A stretch of DNA of 64,000 nucleotides. It comes from Octopus vulgaris. Taxonomy: Eukaryota. How positions within the stretch are numbered: the first letter of the stretch is position 1; every line of letters starts with the position of its first letter. The notes under the pieces are model-generated. The model saw only the letters and a program-made list of their open reading frames with translations. It ran no database searches and was not told the DNA's origin. Positions 1 through 13,211 of the stretch are shown in pieces. The stretch lies in the NCBI GenBank assembly GCA_951406725.2, contig OX597839.1:32364001-32428000 (forward strand), given 5' to 3'. Position numbers and translations under genes: made by a program.

Positions 1-55
1 TATAAACAATGCGATCGGCGATAGAAAAATAAGTAATGGATATATATATATATGA

Positions 56-349
56 TTGTTCCTTCTCGAGCCATGCCTGGCTCATTAGGGCTGGTTTCCC
101 AGTTTCCTTGGCGTATAGGTTCCCCGCCTGGACGGGACGCCGGTCTGTCGCAGGTGAGCTGCAAGATGCAGAAGGAAAGAGTGAAAGTTGTGGGAAAGAG
201 TCAGCAGAAGTTTCACCATTACCTTCTGCCGGAGCCGCGTGGAGCTTAGGTCTTTCGCTCATAAGCACACACATCGCCCGATCTGAGATTCGAACCCGCG
301 ATCCCTCGACTGCGAATCCGCTGCTCTAACCACTAGACCATGTGCCTCC
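56..349 (-). mobile_element. tRNA-derived SINE (family C; V-domain-like 3' part)
   Basis: Minus strand starts TGGAGGCACATGGTCTAGTGGTTAGAGCAGCGG...GGGTTCGAATC (Pol III A/B boxes). The 3' part is CCTGCGACAGACCGGCGTCCCGTCCAGG. A homologous copy lies at 4965-5229. Confidence 0.85.
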
Positions 350-692
350 ACACACACACACACATGTATATGTGTGCGTGTGTGCACATTTCAGGAGTTA
401 TTGCTCTGTCTTCAGCGTTACAATGGTTAACGATTGAGTCCATCGTTATAGCGATGAATTTTGTCCGATATAATTATAGGAGTAACAACATCGTTGATGA
501 AACCGGTGCGGCGTGCGTAACTCGTGAAACTGTCGAGTACGAGCTTCGATAAAAATTTATTCGTCGTCGTCGTCGTCGTTGCTACAACAGCAAAAGTCTC
601 ACGTTGAGTGTTGGTAATGAACCTGGCTTCGGTGAGTTCTAATCAGCCTGGATCAATCTAAAACATTCAACAGAATCAACTAGCGTTACTTG

Positions 693-732
693 TACGTGTG
701 TGTGTGTGTGTGTGTGTGTATACATACATACA

Positions 733-815
<83 letters not shown>

Positions 816-1197
816 ACATACATACAAATACATACATATACATACGTACAAAAATACATGCATATATACATACATACATGCCTACATACATACATGCATA
901 CATATATGTATATGTATAGGCGTGCGTGTATGTGTGTGCGTATATGTATATTGATGTATGCGTGCTTGCATTTATGTATATCCATGTACGCACACGTACA
1001 TACATACATACATACATACATACATACATACATACATACATACATACATAGATACATACAGATTTATTGATATATCCGTGTATCTGATTTTTTTTGTGTA
1101 TACATCTCTCTATATGAACTGTTTGTGCGCCCACATTCATATACGTATGTATATATGTATGAATGTATGTATGTATGTATGTATGTATGTATACATA
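693..1197. repeat. compound microsatellite (TG)n/(CATA)n/(TA)n
   Basis: Directly visible tandem repeats. Confidence 0.95.
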
Positions 1198-1602
1198 AAT
1201 GTATTAACAAAATTCTATTTGATATAGGTGTGTAAATGCAATTTTACTTGTCTATAGATTTTTGCCAATGCTGGCTAATTTAATATTAATAGTTTCCATT
1301 AGGCTGCCTAGAGCTTTTTAGAATTAACCTGAGAGAATCTTGGTCAACTTGGCACCGCCATCTTGTCGAGGCTGGGAAAAATAATCGATATTTTCTGTGA
1401 GCGAAATCACGTGAGGTCAGAGGAGTTTGGTGATGTCATCACTAACGAACTGACAGCATCTGATATTGGTGATGTACAACAGCCAATCGCCACCAACACC
1501 GATCGAGTAAATCTATGATCAAAGATATTCCAGCCGTGACCATCATGTAATTTTTCTTATAAGAACAACATAGCTAAGATTGGTATAGTTTTCATGGTCG
1601 TC

Positions 1603-1890
1603 TTTTACTTGTTTCAGTCATTAGACTGCGCCCATACTGGGGCACCGTATTGAAGAATTTTCGTCGAACGAATTAAGCTTAGCACTCTTACTTATTCTGT
1701 GAGCCTTTTTTGACAAACCGCTAAGTTACAGGGAGTAAAGACATCGGTTAACAAGTGGTGGTGATGGTGGTGGTGGATAAAAGCAGAGACACACACATTG
1801 AGCTTGTTTCAGTTTCCAAGTGTCAAGTCGGCACACAAGGCTTTGGTTGGCCAGAGACTGTAGTAGAAGACATTTGCCCAAGGTACCGTG
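1603..1890 (-). mobile_element. degenerate tRNA/CORE-type SINE (family B)
   Basis: Reverse-complement similarity to the full copy at 8352-8785 (tttacttgtttcagtcattagactgcg...gacatttgcccaaggtacc). Confidence 0.7.
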
Positions 1891-1952
1891 TAAAAGTTAT
1901 GAAAAATTAATTATACGGGTCGATGGCTTTTATATTTTGCTTTTACTAAGTA

Positions 1953-1990
1953 TTTCAATATTTCAGGGTTAATACATCGTCCTCAGGAAA
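1953..1990 (-). ncRNA. degenerate minimal Type I hammerhead-like motif
   Basis: Minus strand reads UUUC-CUGAGGA-(poorly paired stem II)-GAA-AUAU-U-GAAA. Stem I and the palindromic stem III are intact; stem II is decayed. Confidence 0.4.
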
Positions 1991-2295
1991 TCTTCATCAT
2001 AATAAAAAAAATCCAGAAACCACCGTTTGTTTAAAGCGTCGAGTATCCCCATCTAGTGGCCATTTTCCGCAGTTCTTATTTCTAATGTCTTCCCCGTGGA
2101 CTAAATTTATTTAGAAACAGTCTTTGTTTTAGTTGCTGCGCCTGGATGAAAATTGAGAGGAGAAAGACAGGTTCTCTGTAAAATAGTCCAGTAAACGTGG
2201 CCAACAAGTAAAAGAAGGGTGAAGAGTTCGAGTTTAACCATTCAGTCTCTTTCTTGTATCAAATTGGGTCATGTCATGTCACTTGGTCTATTTTC

Positions 2296-2970
2296 CGTCC
2301 TCCTCTTCCTCCTCCTCCTCCTTCTTCTTCTTCTTCTTCTCCTCCTCCCCCTCCTCCTCCTTATTCTACTTCTTCTCCTCCTCCTCCCCATTCTGTTTCT
2401 CCTTCTTTTTCTTGCCACCCCCTCCTTACCCCTCCACCCTCCTCTCCCCTCCTCCTTCTGCTTCTCTCCTCCTCCTCCTTTTCTTTCCTCCTCCTCTTTC
2501 GCCTCCTCCTCATCCCTCTTCTTCTTCTTCTTCTTCTTCTTCTTCTTCTTCTTCTTCTTCTTCTTCCTCTTCACCAATTCCCGTAATTTCACTCTTTGTT
2601 TCTTCTATTCTTTCGTTTTTTCCTTTCATTTTTTCTCTTTTATGCAGGGGTTTTCCTCCATCAGTTTATCCTCTTCCTCTCCTTTTGCTCCACCCCTCAC
2701 TCTCTCTTTCTCTCGCCCTCTCTCTTCCATCTTTCCCCTCCTTCCATCTCTCTCTCTCTCTCTCTCCTTTCATTTCCCTCTCTTCCTCATTCTCTATTCT
2801 TAATCCCCACCTCTTCTCTTGTAATGAAAAAAAAAAACAAGTCTTTTATATTCTCTCTCCCTCTTTCTTTCTCTCTCCTCCCTCTCCCTTCTTCTCCCTA
2901 TCTCTTTCCCTTCATTTCCCTCACTCTCTCTACCTTTTACCATCCTTCTCCCACCCTCTCTCTCTCCCTT
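2296..2970. repeat. polypyrimidine low-complexity tract (CCT/CTT/CT)n
   Basis: Directly visible. Confidence 0.9.
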
Positions 2971-3129
2971 ACTACCAAACTGCCATCAAACCTGTCTCCA
3001 TGTCAAGTGCTGCAACTGAAAATGGGTGAAATGTCACAACCTTTGACCCAAAAGGTCTCAGCATTCTTCCAGTATGTGTGTGTGTGTTTGTGGGGCATGT
3101 GTATGTCTGTGCATGAATGTATGTGCGTG

Positions 3130-3315
<186 letters not shown>

Positions 3316-3458
3316 CAGATAAATTAGCGGTTCGGCAAAAATGACCGATAGAATAAGTACTAGGTTTACAAAGAATAAGTCCTGGGGTCGATTTGATCGA
3401 CTAAAGGCGGTGCTCCAGCATGGCCGCAGTCAAATGGCTGACACAAGTAAAAGAATAA

Positions 3459-3536
<78 letters not shown>

Positions 3537-3548
3537 CCTATCTATCTA

Positions 3549-3606
<58 letters not shown>

Positions 3607-3781
3607 ACTGTTCATTTGTTGGTAGTTTAAGCAAGATATAACATCGAATCCATTTGGGAGTTGTTTATATTATATGAGACGAGCTACTTAAGTTTCATGT
3701 CAGGAAGAAAACGACCGAAAGTCTATCACAGAGTGTACCACATACACGCATATGAAACACACACACACACTCACACACACA

Positions 3782-3850
<69 letters not shown>

Positions 3851-4375
3851 AGGCAGATATGAATGGCCAACAAAATAAACAGCAAGACGAAATAAGAGAA
3901 AGCCCATCTCGACCAAATCCGGTTTTAGCGGCAGCAGCCGAATGACCGCAACGAGTTAAAGAGCAGGAAAAATAAAATAAATAATGTACGTAGAAAGTAT
4001 TTAGTGCAGAGGATGTTGGCCCCGGGGTATTCTCTTTCAGCGATATTATGATAACCAATGTTATTTCTTCTTTAAGTATAAGTTTGAAAGCCGAGTCGAC
4101 GAAAGGGTGTTCCAACGAAAGGGAGTTCTTGTAGCAGTCTAAATGAACAAGTCTCCAATATCCAAGTGGCTAAAAAGTTTCACCAGAAGGGTACCCATGA
4201 CCTAGATGTGGGCCCGGCATCCTTAGAGTGTAAGAAATTAAGGGCGAAAACACTTGCCTGAGGTGCGGGTTTCTTCGCTGAAGAACTGCAGTTCAGATTT
4301 CTTAAGAGTTTCTTAGTATTTAATATCACTACATCACCTCTATTTACATACAAACACAGACGCACACCTGTGTGT

Positions 4376-4382
4376 GTATCTG

Positions 4383-4460
<78 letters not shown>

Positions 4461-4463
4461 CCA

Positions 4464-4504
<41 letters not shown>

Positions 4505-4507
4505 CCA

Positions 4508-4565
<58 letters not shown>

Positions 4566-4595
4566 ATATCTATCTACCAATCTATGTATCTATCA

Positions 4596-4668
<73 letters not shown>

Positions 4669-4671
4669 CCA

Positions 4672-4703
<32 letters not shown>

Positions 4704-4711
4704 CACTGTCT

Positions 4712-4743
<32 letters not shown>
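4376..4743. repeat. (TCTA)n and (CT)n microsatellite
   Basis: Directly visible. Similar (TCTA)n tracts occur at 3460-3550, 11355-11620 and 60238-60556. Confidence 0.95.
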
Positions 4744-4749
<6 letters not shown>

Positions 4750-4761
4750 CTTTTCTGTGTA

Positions 4762-4799
4762 TCTTTCTGTTGAAGAGCGTAGGCTCGAAACGTAAAAGA
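4762..4799 (+). ncRNA. minimal Type I hammerhead motif, A6U core variant, in a Penelope-like pLTR module (4744-4897)
   Basis: UCUUU-CUGUUGA-A-GAGC-GUAG-GCUC-GAA-ACGU-A-AAAGA gives stem I of 5 bp, stem II of 4 bp, palindromic ACGU stem III and a GUA site. The module ends at (TA)n. Confidence 0.7.
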
Positions 4800-4895
4800 C
4801 TTGCTTTATTTCTATTCCTGAGCGCCATACTAATACAATTGTTTGTTTGTACTCCACCTGCCTTCGTCTTTTATTTATTTGCATAAAGCTTCCCG

Positions 4896-4933
<38 letters not shown>

Positions 4934-4964
4934 TTCTTAATCCTTTTTGCCCTTTGTGCAGCAA

Positions 4965-5227
4965 AGGGCCGGTTTCCCGATTTCCTTGGCGAATAGGTTC
5001 CCCACCTGGACGGGACGCCGGTCCGTCGCAGGTGAGCTGCAAGATGCAGGAGGAAAGAGTGAGAGAAAGTTGTGGCGAAAGAGTCAGCAGAAGTTTCGCC
5101 ATTACATATTATGCCGGAGCCGCGTGGAGCTTAGGTGTTTCGCTCATAAACACACACATCGCCCGGTCTGAGATTCGAACCCGCGATCCCTCGAATATGC
5201 TGCTCTAACCACTAGGCCATGTGCCTC

Positions 5228-5229
<2 letters not shown>
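4965..5229 (-). mobile_element. tRNA-derived SINE (family C)
   Basis: Homologous to 56-349. Confidence 0.85.
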
Positions 5230-5291
<62 letters not shown>

Positions 5292-5324
5292 CACACACAC
5301 ACACACATATATATATATATGCAC

Positions 5325-5355
<31 letters not shown>

Positions 5356-5920
5356 CTTGGACGTGCACACATACATAAACGCACATACATGCATACACAC
5401 ACACACACTTACACACTTACACACACACACACACAGAGCAAGACACAAGATTTGATGTCGCAATCAATCATGCAACAGATACATCGTATCGATCAGCGAG
5501 GAGGTCAAACATAAATATAATTACAGCAGAGAAAGATAAATATTCTACAACCAATATTAAGACATTCCGCACCAACGATTTCCTGAAAGAATTTAGTGTA
5601 AACGTACTTAAATCATCTGAAATCTTCCATTTGCGATTGTCATCATATATATACTGAGTTAGCTTCATTAGTTTCGAATTTAATGCCCGGAAGAGAAGAT
5701 CGGGTCGTCTGCCAACGATTACGTGTGACCTGTTGTATTTTGAATGACTGGAACTTGCTTTAACTACATTTATATCTATTTTGTGAATTTCTTAACGAAG
5801 TTTTTTGGGGAGTAATTCTTAGAAATTGGTTTAAATTGCTTATGTGTACGAAGTATTATGCTAAGGTTGTATCAAATATTTTTGTTGTTGTCATCGAACC
5901 AAAGGATTTTTATTGCATGA

Positions 5921-6314
5921 CTAGCAATCGCCCGGCGTTGCTCGGGTTTGTAAGGGAAATAACTATATAAGCATTTTTAGAGAGTTATAGCCAAAAAGTA
6001 GCAAAAAAATGCATTAAAAATGGAAAAAAAATTATGGTAATTTTTTTTTTAAATCGTTGACTCATCGTTGACATTTTTAGAGAGTTACTTCCCTTATATA
6101 ATAGCGAAAAAATGCATTAAAATGGGAAAAAATGATGGTAAATTTTTTTAAAATCGTAGACTCATCGTAGACGCGCGTTAATACCAGAAGGGCTCGATAT
6201 GAATCACGACTATAAGATACCCGGTTTTGGTTGAACTGCACCGCAAAATGTGGGAGTAGTTAGGAATCTAAATCAGAGTAGACAGACACACAACTTCACT
6301 TTTATATATAAAGA
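5921..6314 (-). mobile_element. non-autonomous Helitron
   Basis: Minus strand has 5' TCTTTATATATAAAAG and a 3' GC-rich hairpin (CCCGAGCAACGCCGGG) followed by CTAG, inserted between A and T. It has an internal ~90-bp tandem duplication. A second copy lies at 26468-26765. Confidence 0.85.
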
Positions 6315-6326
6315 TTGCCATTCCGA

Positions 6327-6363
<37 letters not shown>

Positions 6364-6679
6364 CTCGTTCTTTATTTTATTTAATTTTTGTTGTTTCTTT
6401 CAAGCACTGGACTGAAATTATGCCTACACACACACACACACAAACGACGGGTCGACGGGCTCCTTTTCAGCTTTTCAGTTTCCATCTACCAAATTAACTC
6501 ACAAGGCTTTGGCCGGCCCGAGGTTATAATCGAAGACACCTACTCACGTAGTGAGACTGAACCCGGAACCATGTGGTTGGGAAGCAAACTTCTTACCAAT
6601 CACCTAATTTATTTTATCTTATTAAGTAACCAGGGGTGGGTGACAAGAATCGAGGACTGTCCATAACAATCCAAAATGG

Positions 6680-7010
6680 AATTACATAAAAAGTGTGCAA
6701 AGAAGAAAAATAACATAAACAAGAAAAACAAAAAAATTCCCACAGAATCATCCGCGGTCAGTCGTCGCGACTCTGAGTTTTCGTGGCTTTGGCATGACTT
6801 GATAAGATTTCTCCATTCGGATTGGCTTTTCGTTTGAGTTTGCCGTCTTCCTTTCTGCAATATCTTTGAATGTCAGTAAAGGTGTCCCCTTGTTTCATTT
6901 CTTCTCGTATAGTTCGGAGTAAAGGAATTGTCTGGGGGAGTCTGTTGTTGTCCATTCTGTGTCCGTCGCCCAACCAACGTAAACCTATCAAACACCGTCT
7001 CCGGGTCATC
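6680..7010 (-). mobile_element. degenerate RTE-clade LINE RT C-terminal fragment
   Basis: Translation LRWLGDGHRMDNNRLP matches the RTE motif LRWLGHVxRMxxxRLPK; frameshifted. Confidence 0.65.
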
Positions 7011-7104
7011 TCCAATCTTCAAATTTAGTGAGAGAGGAACAACAATATGATGAGCGATAGGGCTATACGTCAATTGTAAAATGCTCCCATCTGCAATAAG
7101 CATA

Positions 7105-7480
7105 AGGCCTGAAATTTTAGGGGTGGGAGCTAGTCGACTGCATCGACCTCAGTGTTCCACGGGTATTTAATTTAGCGACCCCGAAAGGATGAAAGGCAAA
7201 GCCGACCTTGGTGGAATTTGAACTCAGAACGTAAAGACAGACGAAATACCTATTTCTTTACTACCCACAAGAGGCCAAACACAGAGAGGATAAACAAGGA
7301 CAGACAAACAGATTAAGTCAATTATATCGACCCCAGTGCGTAACTGGTACTTATTTAATCGACCTCGAAAGGATGAAAGGCAAAGTCAACCTTGGTGGAA
7401 TTTGAGCTCAGAACATGAAGACGGACGAAATGCCGCTAAGCATTTTGTCCGGCATACTGATGATTGTGCTAGCTCACTGT
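7105..7480 (-). mobile_element. family A SINE (tRNA head + Meta-domain-like core), tandem dimer
   Basis: Two copies of GAGTTCAAATTCC...GACTTTGCCTTTCATCCTTTCGGGGTCG joined at AAGAAATA|GGTATTTCG. Confidence 0.85.
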
Positions 7481-7685
7481 CTTTTATGGAAAATATAATA
7501 TTGACATAAAATAAGTACCAGTTGGGTACTGAGGTCAATGTAATCGATTTAGACCGTCCCCTGAAATCACTTTGCGCCAAAATGTGATAACCATGTCTAT
7601 ATTAGTTATATAATATAAAAGACTAGGTTATTTAATATATAGTATATAATACATAGGTACAGATATCGCATGTATATTGCACACT

Positions 7686-8069
7686 CTGGAAGCTCTCCGT
7701 CGGTTACGACGATGAGGGTTCCGGTTGATCCGATTAACGGAACAGCCTGCTCGTGAAATTAACGTGTAAGTGGCTGAGGACTCCACAGACACGTGTACCC
7801 TTAACGTAGTTCTCGGGGGTATTCAGCGTGACACAGAGAGTGACAAGGCCGGCCCTTTGAAATACAGGTACAACAGAAACAGGAAGTAAGAGTGAGAGAA
7901 AGTTGTGGTGAAAGAGTACAGCAGGGATCACCACCATCCCCTGCCGGAGCCTCGTGGAGCTTTAGGTGTTTTCGCTCAATAAACACTCACAACGCCCGGT
8001 CTGGGAATCGAAACCGCGATCCTATGACCGCGAGTCCGCTGCCCTAACCACTGGGCCATTGCGCCTCCA
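7686..8069 (-). mobile_element. tRNA-derived SINE (family D), full length
   Basis: Head GGAGGCGCAATGGCCCAGTGGTTAGGGCAGCGG...GGTTTCGATTCC. A near-identical copy lies on the + strand at 36815-37199. Confidence 0.9.
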
Positions 8070-8263
8070 CACACTCTATACTACAGAAGTATGGATAATA
8101 TATGTCTATACATTGTACAGGATATAATGCATAAGTATCAATATATATATAGTATAGCTTATGTCTGCATGTCTCCCTGGCCGTTGGAGAATGACAAGAA
8201 TGTATGGAATGTGTGGCAAGGTTTTAAGGCATCACGTGGTCAATGAAAATTATAAATATACCC

Positions 8264-8319
<56 letters not shown>

Positions 8320-8351
8320 TTAATGCATGTATAGTTATGCATTTAAGTATA

Positions 8352-8521
8352 GGCGCAGGAGTGGCTGTGTGGTAAGTAGCTTGTTTACCAACCACATGGT
8401 TCCGAGTTCAGTCCCACTGCGTGGCACCTTGGGCAAGTGTCTTCTATAGTTTCGGGCCGACCAATGCCTTGTGAGTGGATTTGGTAGTCGGAAACTGAAA
8501 GAAGCCCGTCGTATATGTGTG

Positions 8522-8573
<52 letters not shown>

Positions 8574-8785
8574 TGTGTGTGTTTGTGTGTCTAGCATTGC
8601 TTGACAACCGATGCTGGTGTGTTTACGTCTCCGTCATCTAGCGGTTCGGCAAAAGAGACCGATAGAATAAGTACTGGGCTTACAAAAAAAAAAGAATAAG
8701 TCCCGGGATCGATTTGCTCGACTAAAGGCGGTGCTCCAGCATGGCCGCAGTCAAATGACTGAAACAAGTAAAAGAGTAAAAGAGT
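8352..8785 (+). mobile_element. tRNA/CORE-type SINE (family B), full length with internal (TA)/(TG) microsatellite
   Basis: Head GGCGCAGGAGTGGCTGTGTGGTAAG, CORE-like GGCACCTTGGGCAAGTG, and tail ...GACTGAAACAAGTAAAAGAGTAAAAGAG. Many partial copies exist (3324-3455, 6445-6598, 31420-31612, 34515-34695, 53770-53898, 54710-54875). Confidence 0.9.
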
Positions 8786-9177
8786 GAGGAACAATATTAG
8801 ACATTAAATATCAAATAAAATTCCTCCCAATCACCTGGCCCAATGTTCTGCACTACAACATCTTCTTCTTCTGAGAGAGAATGTGTAAGTGTGTGTTTAA
8901 ACTTGCAGTTACGCGCATATACGCCCATGATACATTAATATCAAACAGTGAGAATGAGTGCTCAATATCGCAGCAGCGGATAAATGTCCTGTATTTGTGA
9001 GTTAATGGTTTCATTAAATGTGGGATCACTTTACAATTTTCAAGTCTGGCACATGGGAACGTTGGTACTCGTCTCCATCTTAGATGAAAAGTGCGCTAAT
9101 ATGATTTTGATTTTTGATTTTTCCAGTTTCAGCTAATGAGCTGTGGCCATGCTGGGGCACCGCCAAGTGCGCTAATA

Positions 9178-9209
<32 letters not shown>

Positions 9210-9222
9210 CATATATATATAT

Positions 9223-9284
<62 letters not shown>

Positions 9285-9801
9285 CGACATTCTTCCTGCT
9301 CCCCTGTCGTTCACAAAAAATTCTGCGTTTGCAATACTTTTTTTCGTTCGGCGTCAACAGCCCTTCTTATCTTGTTTTTCCCTGTCCTGTCTTTTACTGT
9401 TTATATTTTTGTACTGTCGTTACTGTCCTGTTTTTTTACCATTTTTTTACCATTTTTTACCCCTCTGCGAAAAGATCTCAGAATTTTAATTGATTTGCTT
9501 TTCGCAGGAAGGAAAGTTTCTTGTCGAAGATACGTCTCGCTTTTATCCTTCGAAACGTAGAGTAGATGAAACCTTAGCGACTGAAGAAGGGTTTTTTTCT
9601 TTGTGTTAATTGTCCTGTACTCTATTTTTTTGTTGTTTAAAAAAATGTCCAGTTCCTTTGGTTAGTGTCTATGTTTTCGTTTCTCATTGTGTTCGACATC
9701 CTTTTGGTGTCCTGTACTCATATATTCGTGTATATGTACATGTAGAGGTAGGTACGTACATATATGTTTATATATATGCATATGTTTTATTTTATTTATT
9801 A

Positions 9802-9855
<54 letters not shown>

Positions 9856-9881
9856 TTTATAAGAACACAGATGGGATGCGG

Positions 9882-9953
9882 TTCACTACAGCTGTTTCAA
9901 ACGCATTCATTATTGATGAACAAGTGCAAAAACGAAAGTTTTCTTCGGGTGAA
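9882..9953 (-). ncRNA. Type I hammerhead motif (U4C core), between two (TA)n tracts
   Basis: Minus strand reads UUCAC-CCGAAGA-AAAC...GUUU-GAA-ACAGCUGU-A-GUGAA, with a palindromic stem III and a GUA site. Confidence 0.7.
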
Positions 9954-9965
9954 TAAAGATAAAGT

Positions 9966-10005
<40 letters not shown>

Positions 10006-10006
<1 letters not shown>

Positions 10007-10330
10007 TAGCAGTATAGCCCGGCGTTGCTCGGGATTAAGTTAGGATTACTAAGCTAATCAAGCTCTTTATTTCAAACCAAACTAAATAATATTGACGTCA
10101 AATTTGAGCGAAATCCGTTGAAATTGGTAAACGTTTGACTGAAAATGAGTTGCAGACAATTTGATTGGGAAATCCCGTAAGGAATCGGTTTATCGACTTT
10201 TTCCACTCATCGATTTGTTGTTTTTGTACTGATTAAAGGCACGTTTCTTTCCTGCCAAGCTTACTTTTTAAACCATGTTTGTGTTCTCCAAGTCAACAGC
10301 CTTATCATAACTGGTACCTTAAACTCTTCG
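10006..10330 (-). mobile_element. Helitron 3' end (different body from 5921 family)
   Basis: CTAG plus the CCCGGCGTTGCTCGGG hairpin shared with the 5921 and 26468 copies. The right boundary is approximate. Confidence 0.6.
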
Positions 10331-10544
10331 CTTGCATATTTGTGTGAATAAAATCGTTTTTCTTTGGAACAGAAAAAAAAAGGCTATCTTTATTTCTTCT
10401 TTTGCAGGTGTCTCAAATTTAGGTTAAATCAGTGTTTCTCAAAGAGGAGCCCTATGGGACGGTCGGACAAGTTGTTTTGAGAAAATTTGGTTGGAATGTT
10501 TGACAACTCAGCACCGTGCATTGGATGGGGGGGAGGGGCTTTTG

Positions 10545-10684
<140 letters not shown>

Positions 10685-10988
10685 GTGTGTGTGTGTGTGT
10701 GTTTGTGTCTCCTTTTGTCTCAAAGCCGTAGGGCGCCTGTGTCATCCTTGTTTTTAACCGTTACTGTCTTCAAAAAAGTTTTTTTTCGTTTCATGTTCGT
10801 CTCTGTTGCGTTGCATTCTTTCCTTCTGGGGCTGGCCGATTCAGAGCAGATCTCAGAATTAAACAGCCGAAATTTGCAATGATGAATCGGTTTCTGACTG
10901 AAGAATGAAGGCTTTGAATGACCCGTCTGTTTCTTATGTTCGTCCCTTCGTGTATTTCACGTTATTTATATTTATATATGTAAAGGTT

Positions 10989-11060
<72 letters not shown>

Positions 11061-11366
11061 GTACACAATTGATCCGCGGCGAACGGTTTAGTGTGGATGT
11101 ACTTAGATAAATAATGACCAAAAGTGATGTGGGTAATTTCCTTTTATTTCTATATCTTTTACTGCGTAATAGATTAATTATTCGATCAATTAGTTTATTA
11201 ATTTCTTTCGTGCTCTTTCACGTTTTTGTTGACTTGTTCTTTCCTTCTTCAATTGTTTATTGCTTATTGTCAGCCAAACGCGTAGTGTGCAGCTGATATA
11301 TACAGAGATAGGAAAATAACTCGTGTATAAACACATATATAAACAACCTCTCTGTATCTATCTATC

Positions 11367-11409
<43 letters not shown>

Positions 11410-11444
11410 TTATCTATCTATCTATCTTTATATATCTGTCTGTG

Positions 11445-11547
<103 letters not shown>

Positions 11548-12279
11548 ATCTATCTATCTCTATCTATCCATCTGCCTATCTATCTGGCTGTCTGTCTGTC
11601 TATCTATTTATCTACCTATCTATACACACACACACACGAACATAGGTACTTATATATCAAACAGACAGACGTAAACAGAGGTAGCGGTTATGGTAACCGA
11701 CTAAGGGCTAAAAATATCCGTATATGCTATCCGAATCCGTTACCTGTGTTATCCCCGGGCATCGGTGTGTAGGCACACCATGCACGTTGGGTGCAGGTAA
11801 CAACAGGATAAACAAGAGTTCCTGTCCGTGTTAGGTAAATTCCCGTAGGAATTCATATTTTGGTGTGAATGAAAATTTGAGTGTAGTGGTAGTAATAAGT
11901 GGAGAGTGAAGGGAGAAGAGATGTGCATGTTAAAATGAGGCGAGAGGTCAAAGGAAAATGCGAGAAAAGAAGGAAATAGGAAGAGAAAATGAAAAAGTGT
12001 AAGGAAGTGATAACCATAACATCTTTATGCATTTTTATTTCTACATTCATTCTCTTATTTCCCTGTATACTCTTTATTTGCTTCCTTTTCCAAAATATAT
12101 ACATACGTGTATATATATATACACTCTCATATATGCATTTACAAACGTATATATGCACATATACGTATGTGCATACATATATGTATAAATATACATATAT
12201 ATATGCTGCATTTATATCGATGTCCATATGAATGTATGTCTGTGTCATTGTATACACACACTCACACAAACACGCTCAC

Positions 12280-12343
<64 letters not shown>

Positions 12344-12658
12344 AGTAGGTATTTATACATATAAAAATATACGTATATACATATCTAAATCAACATATCG
12401 ACTCGGTTTATACCCACACACGTTCTCTCTCCCTCTCTCTCCCCTCTCTCTATCTCTCCCTCTCTCCCTCCCTCTCTCTGGAGGGCCTTTTTCCAATATG
12501 TTCCTTATTTAGTTGAAAGCATTTTCTAGACTGTCCAGGCGTCTGGACGCTCCCTCCCATAACATGCAACCCTCTGCGATCTAGAGATTGGCACAGCACT
12601 ACAGCTGGCACCACATAGACTGTACATGGCGATGCCAAACCGTTATCGAGGGACATCT

Positions 12659-12677
12659 CAACCGCCAGAGGGCGCTT
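12659..12677 (+). promoter_or_regulatory. candidate CTCF-binding motif
   Basis: ACCGCCAGAGGGCGC closely matches the CTCF core CCRCYAGRKGGCRS and lies in a unique GC-richer island (12510-12690). Motif match only. Confidence 0.4.
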
Positions 12678-12758
12678 CACTCGCATTCCTTCTCTTCTCC
12701 CTCTCTCCACACACGCACGCACACATACACACCACACATACACACGTGTAGATGAGTT

Positions 12759-12803
<45 letters not shown>

Positions 12804-12919
12804 AGCATACCCACCACCCCGCCTCATATTTATAAATATATTTTCCTGTGTGTATGTGCACATACGTGTGCATTCATGTACACGAATTTCATGTGTGTGT
12901 ATACGTGTGTGTATGTGTG

Positions 12920-12987
<68 letters not shown>

Positions 12988-13085
12988 ATCCAAACATGAA
13001 AACACAAAGAGAAAACAGAACAACACGAGGACGTGGAACAAGTATAGTGTTATTGGACGCCCAGGAAAGGAAAGAAAGAAGGAGG

Positions 13086-13120
13086 ATTTAACATTTCGAG
13101 CGGAACTCTTCGTCAGAAAC
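13086..13120 (-). ncRNA. minimal Type I hammerhead motif in a (TA)n-abutting module (12983-13200)
   Basis: Minus strand reads GUUU-CUGACGA-A-GAG-UUCCG-CUC-GAA-AUGU-U-AAAU. Same family as 14625 and 54642. Confidence 0.7.
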
Positions 13121-13211
13121 ATAGAAAAAGGAAAGGTCCAAGGAAGGGAAAACGGAAAAAGAGAATCACCAACGATACACACGCGGTCACATATTGAATG
13201 ACTGGAAGGGA

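Noticed and set aside
377-418. Hammerhead-like motif on the minus strand (CUGAAGA...GAA-AUGUGCACA-C)
   Set aside because: U16.1 is missing and stem I is only 2 bp; it could be chance next to a TG repeat.
7990-8069. tRNA genes at SINE heads
   Set aside because: A/B boxes are present but continue into SINE bodies, and there is no complete cloverleaf.
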